Part shown: in pieces, positions 58,798 to 64,000 of the stretch
How the letters are laid out: each line of letters begins with the position of its first letter
Numbering within the stretch: position 1 is the stretch's first letter
Source: Phycisphaeraceae bacterium
Lineage (GTDB): Bacteria; Planctomycetota; Phycisphaerae; Phycisphaerales; Phycisphaeraceae
DNA length: 64,000 nt
Reading direction: 5' to 3'
Assembly (NCBI GenBank): GCA_963674705.1
Contig: OY771506.1
Location: 2,368,001 to 2,432,000, forward strand
Position numbers and translations under genes: made by a program
The notes under the pieces: generated by a model
Databases searched by the model: none
Told to the model about the DNA's origin: nothing
Seen by the model: the letters and a program-made list of their open reading frames with translations, nothing else

Positions 58798-60705
58798 TTA
58801 AACCTCTGCCGCCTCGCGAGCCTTTGCCGCTCGTGAATCACGTCGGCGGTCGCTTTCCTTCAGCATCCGTTTGCGCATGCGGATTGCGCTGGGTGTGATC
58901 TCTACGAGTTCATCTTCCTGGATGTATTCGAGGCAGGCTTCCAAAGACATTTCGCGTGCGGGGCGCACCCGTGTCGCGTCGTCGCTGCCGGAGGCGCGGA
59001 CGTTACTGTGTTTCTTGTTGCGGGTGACGTTGGCGATGATGTCGTTGTCTTTGCAGTGTTCGCCGACGACCTGGCCTTCGTAGACGTTATCGCCGGGCTT
59101 GACGAAGAAGATGCCGCGGTCATACAGGGCGTCGAGGGAGTAAGGCATGACCTGGCCGGCATCGCTGGCGACAATGACGCCTGCGGGGCGTTTGGGCACT
59201 TCGCCACGCACCGGTTCGTAGCGTAGCAGGTTGTGGTGCATGATGGCCCGGCCCTGCGTGGCGGTGAGCATCCGGGTTCGCAGGCCGATCAGGCCGCGAG
59301 CGGGGATGGTGAACTCCATGTGCACGTAATCGCCTGCGCCGGCTTTCGGGTCCATCTTCACGACCTCGGCCCGTCGATCGCTGACCAGCGACATCACGGC
59401 GTTCTGACATTCGGCGGGGCAGTCAACGACAAGTTGTTCGATCGGCTCGTGGACCTTGCCATCGATGCGTTTGAGGATGACTTCGGGTTTGCCGACGGCC
59501 AGTTCGTAGCCTTCGCGGCGCATGGTTTCCAGCAATACGCCCAGGTGCATCAGACCTCGACCGGAGACGTTGAACGCTTCGCCGCCACCGGTTTCGGAAC
59601 GTGAGGCACGCAGGGCGACGTTGGAGTGCAGCTCTTTTTCGAGCCGGTCCCAGACCTGCCTGCTGGTGACGAATCGGCCTTCCTTGCCGGCGAAGGGTGA
59701 GTCGTTGACACGGAAGGTCATGCTCAGGGTGGGTTCATCAATCGCGACGCGCGGCAGGGCGCTGGGCAGATCGGGGCAGGCGATGGTGTCGCCGATATCG
59801 ATCTGTTCGAGGCCGACCACGGCACAGATGTCGCCGGCTTCGACTTCGGGGACCTGTTGTTTGCCCAGACCCTCGAAAGAGAAGACCTGCTGAGCGCGTT
59901 GCTGCGAGCCTTCGCCTGCACGGTTGATGACGGTGACCTGCTGGCCGCTCTTGAGCCTGCCGCCGTAGACGCGACCGATCGCGATTCGGCCGACGTAGTC
60001 GGAGTATTCGAGCGTGGTGACCATCATCTGAAGCGGAGCGCCGAGGTTGGCTTCGTCCTTTTTCGGAGCGGGCACGTGCTTGAGGATGGCTTCAAACAGG
60101 GCGCGGACGTCGGTCGGTTGATCTTCAGCACCGACCTTGGCGTGGTCATCCGTCGCCCAGCCGTTCTTGGCTGAGGCATAGATCACCGGGAAGTCCAGCG
60201 CATCATCAGGCGCATTAAGACTCGCCAGCAGGTCGAAGACCTCGTTGACGACATCATCCGGCCGGGCGTTGGGCTTGTCGATCTTGTTGACGACGACGAC
60301 GGGTTTCAGGCCGTGGCCGAGCGCTTTTTCGAGTACGAAGCGGGTCTGAGGCATCGGGCCCTCGAAGGCGTCGACCAGCAGCAGCACGCCGTCCGCCATC
60401 TTGAGGACGCGTTCGACTTCGCCGCCGAAGTCGGCGTGGCCGGGCGTGTCGATCAGGTTGATCTTGTAGTCGGCGCCGTCGAGCCCGCGGTAGTTCACAG
60501 CACAGTTCTTGGCGGTGATGGTGATACCACGTTCGCGTTCCAGGTCGCCCGTATCCATGATCAGGTTGTGCTGTCCGCCGGCGAGCTTATCGAGTTCAGC
60601 CTCGCGGAACTGACCGGACTGGTATAGGAGCTGGTCGGTCAGGGTGGTCTTGCCGTGGTCGACGTGTGCAATGATCGCGACGTTACGCAGGTGGTTCTGG
60701 GCCAT
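58798..60705 (-). CDS. typA: Translational GTPase TypA/BipA
   Basis: [64 protein letters not shown]. Confidence 0.97.
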   Translation of the reverse strand: MAQNHLRNVAIIAHVDHGKTTLTDQLLYQSGQFREAELDKLAGGQHNLIMDTGDLERERGITITAKNCAVNYRGLDGADYKINLIDTPGHADFGGEVERVLKMADGVLLLVDAFEGPMPQTRFVLEKALGHGLKPVVVVNKIDKPNARPDDVVNEVFDLLASLNAPDDALDFPVIYASAKNGWATDDHAKVGAEDQPTDVRALFEAILKHVPAPKKDEANLGAPLQMMVTTLEYSDYVGRIAIGRVYGGRLKSGQQVTVINRAGEGSQQRAQQVFSFEGLGKQQVPEVEAGDICAVVGLEQIDIGDTIACPDLPSALPRVAIDEPTLSMTFRVNDSPFAGKEGRFVTSRQVWDRLEKELHSNVALRASRSETGGGEAFNVSGRGLMHLGVLLETMRREGYELAVGKPEVILKRIDGKVHEPIEQLVVDCPAECQNAVMSLVSDRRAEVVKMDPKAGAGDYVHMEFTIPARGLIGLRTRMLTATQGRAIMHHNLLRYEPVRGEVPKRPAGVIVASDAGQVMPYSLDALYDRGIFFVKPGDNVYEGQVVGEHCKDNDIIANVTRNKKHSNVRASGSDDATRVRPAREMSLEACLEYIQEDELVEITPSAIRMRKRMLKESDRRRDSRAAKAREAAEV

Positions 60706-60710
60706 GGGGA

Positions 60711-60803
60711 TATCGGTTTTCGGGTTTCGGGGATCGGGTATCGGTCTGGACAATTGGGAATGCTTCGCCCAACGCCGGTCCTGAGCAAAGCGAAGGGCCG
60801 GGT
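60711..60803. repeat. Inverted partial copy of the composite heptamer element
   Basis: 60768-60803 is the reverse complement of the ACCCGG.CCTTCGCTTTGCTCAGGACCGGCGTTGGG core; degenerate TATCGGG units 60711-60746. Confidence 0.8.
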
Positions 60804-60866
60804 CAAGAGCGGGTTGAGGATTATAGCGGGTTATTTGGAAAGGGAAGTTAAGGGGGGATTCAGGGA

Positions 60867-61886
60867 TTATGTGGGGATGGGGTGCTCTTGTATTTTCTGT
60901 ATGCCCTTTGCCATGAAATCACGGAACTGTTGGGCGCTGGTGATGTCCTGAATGTCGCGGCGGAGGCCGGGCCAGGGTTGCAGGTGGGGGCTGTACCAGC
61001 TCATGCGGCGTTTGATGGTGTTCAGCGCGATGCGTTCATCTCGCATGGAGAGCAGGTTTTCAAAGTGCTGGATAACGAGCCTGGCGCGATCGATACGGGG
61101 GAAGGGCGGGGGGAACTGGCCCGTGGCGAGGTAGTGGGCGGTGTCGCGGAAGAGCCAGGGTTGGCCCAGCGCGCCGCGGCCGATCATAACGCCGTCGCAG
61201 CCGGTCAGGTCGATCATGCGTTTGGCGTCGTGAGGGGTTTTGATATCGCCGTTGCCGATGACGGGGATGGTGTATCGTTGTTTGACCGAGGCGACGACAT
61301 CGGCGATGCCCTCGAGACGGGCGGTGCCTCTGAACTTCTGTTCGGTGGTTCGGCCGTGCACGGTGATGGCGGCGATGCCGATGTCGGCCAGGGCGGGGGG
61401 CAGCGTGCTGGTGATGATCTGAGAGTCATCCCAACCGAGGCGGATCTTGGCGGTGACGGGGACTTTGACGGCGTCGACGATCTGCCTGGCGAGTTTGACG
61501 GTGTTGCGCGGGTCGCAGAGGAGGGTGGACCCGCCGTTCTTCTTGGTGACTTTATCGACGGGACAGCCCATGTTGATGTCGATGGTGGTCGCACCGTGGG
61601 CCTCGGCCCATTTGGCGGCCTCTGCCATGATGCTGCCATCCGCGCCGTAGAGCTGCATGCAGATGGGCTGGTCGTCGGGGGATGTTGCGGCGAGCCAGAG
61701 GGATTTTTGGTTTTCGTTGAGGACGGCCTGCGGGCAGAGCAGGTCGGTGCAGGCGAGGCCGAGCGTGCCGTGACCGGCGTAGTCAGGGACGGAGCGGACA
61801 ACGAGCCTGAACGCCAGATCGCAGTAGCCCGCGATCGGGGCAAGCAACAGATTTGTCTTTAGTTGGACATCACCTATCTTTAACAC
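60867..61886 (-). CDS. dusB: tRNA-dihydrouridine synthase (DusB-type)
   Basis: LAPIAG, IDINMGCP, VTAKIRLGW, TVHGRT, IGNGDI, GVMIGRGA. Confidence 0.9.
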   Translation of the reverse strand: MLKIGDVQLKTNLLLAPIAGYCDLAFRLVVRSVPDYAGHGTLGLACTDLLCPQAVLNENQKSLWLAATSPDDQPICMQLYGADGSIMAEAAKWAEAHGATTIDINMGCPVDKVTKKNGGSTLLCDPRNTVKLARQIVDAVKVPVTAKIRLGWDDSQIITSTLPPALADIGIAAITVHGRTTEQKFRGTARLEGIADVVASVKQRYTIPVIGNGDIKTPHDAKRMIDLTGCDGVMIGRGALGQPWLFRDTAHYLATGQFPPPFPRIDRARLVIQHFENLLSMRDERIALNTIKRRMSWYSPHLQPWPGLRRDIQDITSAQQFRDFMAKGIQKIQEHPIPT

Positions 61887-61984
61887 GGCATTATTATAAA
61901 CCCGGCATCTATCCAGCCGCTTACGGCTTAGCGATCTGTTAAGTCTCTAAACCAGTTCTCTCAACCCTTCGATATACTCCTGCC

Positions 61985-63397
61985 ATGCAAGAAACACGAC
62001 GCACCAAGATTATTTCGACGATCGGACCTGCCACGAACAACCCCGCAATGATTGAGAAACTTGTCGCGGCGGGGGTGAACGTCTTCCGGTTGAACATGAG
62101 CCACGCCAGCCACGAGCAGGCGAAGGCCGATACGCTGGCCATCCGTGCCGCTGCCGAGAAACTCGGCAAGACGGTGGCGGTATTGATGGACACGCAAGGC
62201 CCGGCGATCCGCACCGGTGAACTGGCGACCGAGTTAAACCTCGAACCGGGCCAGGTGATCGCGCTGACCGTGCGCGGCGAACATTCCGAAGAGTACACGT
62301 CCGTTGATGTCAATTACGATGACCTGGTCAACGATATCGCGGTGGGCGATGTGGTGGTGGTCGATAACGGCACGATCAAGCTCAAGGTACTCAAGAAGAA
62401 ACACAACCAGCTTGAGTGCGAAGTGTTGACCGAAGGCATTCTGGGTTCGCGTCGGCATATCAACCTGCCGGGCGTGCGCGTGAACCTGCCGGCGCTGACG
62501 GACAAGGACATCGATGACATCGAACTGGGTATCGAGATCGGCGTGGACTGGTTCGCGATGTCTTTCGTCAGGCAGGCGGAGGATGTGCAGCGGCTGCGAG
62601 CGATTCTGGATTACCGCAAAGCACCGCAGAAGATCTGCGCCAAGCTGGAAGATCAGCAGGGGGCCGCGAACATTGATGAAATTATCCGTGTTGCTGATGC
62701 GGTGATGATCGCGCGTGGGGATTTGGGTATCGAGGTGCCTTACGAGGAGTTGCCGATTCTTCAGCGTAAGGTTGCCAAGCGATGTGTCTCCCAGGGCAAG
62801 CCATTTGTGATCGCGACACATATGCTGGAGTCGATGATCGATACCCCCTCGCCGACACGTGCGGAGGTGACGGACGTGGCGAACGCGGTGTTTGAGCAGG
62901 CGGATGCGATCATGCTGTCGGGGGAGACGAGTGTCGGCAAATATCCCTTGGCGTGTGTGGATGTGATGGACCGGATCGCACGACGGATCGAGCGTTCGGG
63001 TGCGGCGGGTTTTGAAAAAGATGCAGTGATCGAGGACCCGGACGCGAAGATCGTGCGTCAGGCGGCGGACGTGGCGCGTGAACTGAAAGCGACCGCGTTG
63101 GTTGTATTTACTCGCACCGGCCGCATGGCACACCACGCCGCATGGACGCGCATGCTGGACTGCCCGATCTTTGCGTTTACGAATAATCCCACGTTGCTAC
63201 CGCAGCTTGCGCTGTTATGGAGCGTGCATCCGACATATTTAGACTTCAACGACGACCCGAACCAGACCGTGCACGATGCCGGCAATATCCTGTTGCATCG
63301 CGAGCACATCGCCGAGGGTGATACGGTGGTTTTTGTTTCCGAGGCAACGATCAAAGACAAACGCGTGGACACGATCCAGATCGAGCGGTTGGGGTAA
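61985..63397 (+). CDS. pyk: Pyruvate kinase
   Basis: RRTKIISTIGPA, RLNMSH, DTQGPAIRTG, MIARGDLG, PTRAEVTDVANA, MLSGETSVG. Confidence 0.97.
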   Translation: MQETRRTKIISTIGPATNNPAMIEKLVAAGVNVFRLNMSHASHEQAKADTLAIRAAAEKLGKTVAVLMDTQGPAIRTGELATELNLEPGQVIALTVRGEHSEEYTSVDVNYDDLVNDIAVGDVVVVDNGTIKLKVLKKKHNQLECEVLTEGILGSRRHINLPGVRVNLPALTDKDIDDIELGIEIGVDWFAMSFVRQAEDVQRLRAILDYRKAPQKICAKLEDQQGAANIDEIIRVADAVMIARGDLGIEVPYEELPILQRKVAKRCVSQGKPFVIATHMLESMIDTPSPTRAEVTDVANAVFEQADAIMLSGETSVGKYPLACVDVMDRIARRIERSGAAGFEKDAVIEDPDAKIVRQAADVARELKATALVVFTRTGRMAHHAAWTRMLDCPIFAFTNNPTLLPQLALLWSVHPTYLDFNDDPNQTVHDAGNILLHREHIAEGDTVVFVSEATIKDKRVDTIQIERLG

Positions 63398-63474
63398 TGA
63401 TGTGTTAAGTCGCGTGGATCGCTGAAGCGACCACGCCGGGGGAGTCAATACTAGGGTTTTATTGAAGAAAAACT

Positions 63475-64000
63475 TTATTCGCTTGGCGCTTTGAGCTCGT
63501 CCCGGTTGTCGCATTCAAGCCACTTCATGGTCGGCTCGGTCCAGCGACGGACGGCTTCGAGGTCGGCGGGGTCGGCTTCGTCGAAACGGCGGTTGGGGAC
63601 GTTGCGGTTGAACTTGGATTCGGCGTATTCGGTCAGCGGATCGCATGGGCTCAGTTCGCAGAAGTCCAGCAGTTTTTTGACGCCTTCCATTGAGAAGGTT
63701 TCAAGGCGGAATTCACAGTAACGATCGTTCGGCATGGTTCGGCCGTACAGGCACGCCTGCTCCACGCATGCGCGCCATTGCATGGCACAGATTTCCATCA
63801 ATGGCAGTTCATTGAGCATCCCGCGCATGCCTGGCAGGCGTGGGCCCCAGATATTGGTGCCGACCAGGCCCTTAAACGGTTTGGGCATCGATCGGCGGAT
63901 GACTTCCATGCCATAGTAGGGCAGTCGGCTAAGTTGAATTTCTTTCAGTCGCTGCGTGATCCGCCCCTTGGCTAAGCCGCGCATCCCGCTGGCGTGCCTT
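63475..64000 (-). CDS. Sulfotransferase-family protein (5'-truncated by window edge)
   Basis: ICAMQWRACVE...RYCEFRLE..KKLLDFCEL resembles the sulfotransferase C-terminal region. Confidence 0.55.
   Translation of the reverse strand, partial: RHASGMRGLAKGRITQRLKEIQLSRLPYYGMEVIRRSMPKPFKGLVGTNIWGPRLPGMRGMLNELPLMEICAMQWRACVEQACLYGRTMPNDRYCEFRLETFSMEGVKKLLDFCELSPCDPLTEYAESKFNRNVPNRRFDEADPADLEAVRRWTEPTMKWLECDNRDELKAPSE

Noticed and set aside
60706..60753. TypA N-terminal extension MSRPIPDPRNPKTDIP
   Set aside because: Encoded by the degenerate heptamer repeat; MAQNHLRN at 60705 matches normal TypA starts
1..64000. Prophage, anti-phage defence operon, tRNA or rRNA genes
   Set aside because: No phage, restriction-modification, reverse transcriptase or recognisable defence genes and no tRNA/rRNA signatures seen by eye; small divergent genes could have been missed

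Overview
A 64 kb bacterial chromosomal window that reads as a planctomycete, probably class Phycisphaerae. This is inferred from DUF2617, CxxCGYxLxxL..CPECG zinc-ribbon membrane proteins, and PEP-CTERM proteins with GDxxxDG[FY]VG dockerin/EF-hand-like modules. The housekeeping backbone is an Rrf2 regulator, serA, hemL, rpsO-pnp, csp, a histidine kinase, eda, rny, pssA, DUF502-hpf-ptsN-ptsH, tyrS, typA, a dus gene and pyk. It is interleaved with a xylan-degradation group (GH10-GH62 fusion, GH43, XylR-type regulator), six PEP-CTERM genes, many single AT-richer orphan genes (several immunity-like), and one apparently intact IS3 element that splits a GDSL esterase. The most unusual signal is non-coding, concentrated at junctions between housekeeping and accessory genes. 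It includes (i) inverted-repeat elements built from about three 9-10 bp units with a shared outer end, (ii) a modular heptamer-array element with G-quadruplex-type periodicity, (iii) at least seven REP-like palindrome families that nest inside each other, and (iv) a diverged duplicate of the histidine kinase 3' end bracketing two cargo genes. No cognate integrase, RAYT or nuclease was recognised in the window, so any repeat-mediated cargo system is a hypothesis. No tRNA, rRNA or CRISPR array was seen. All calls are by eye from motifs; no database searches were run.
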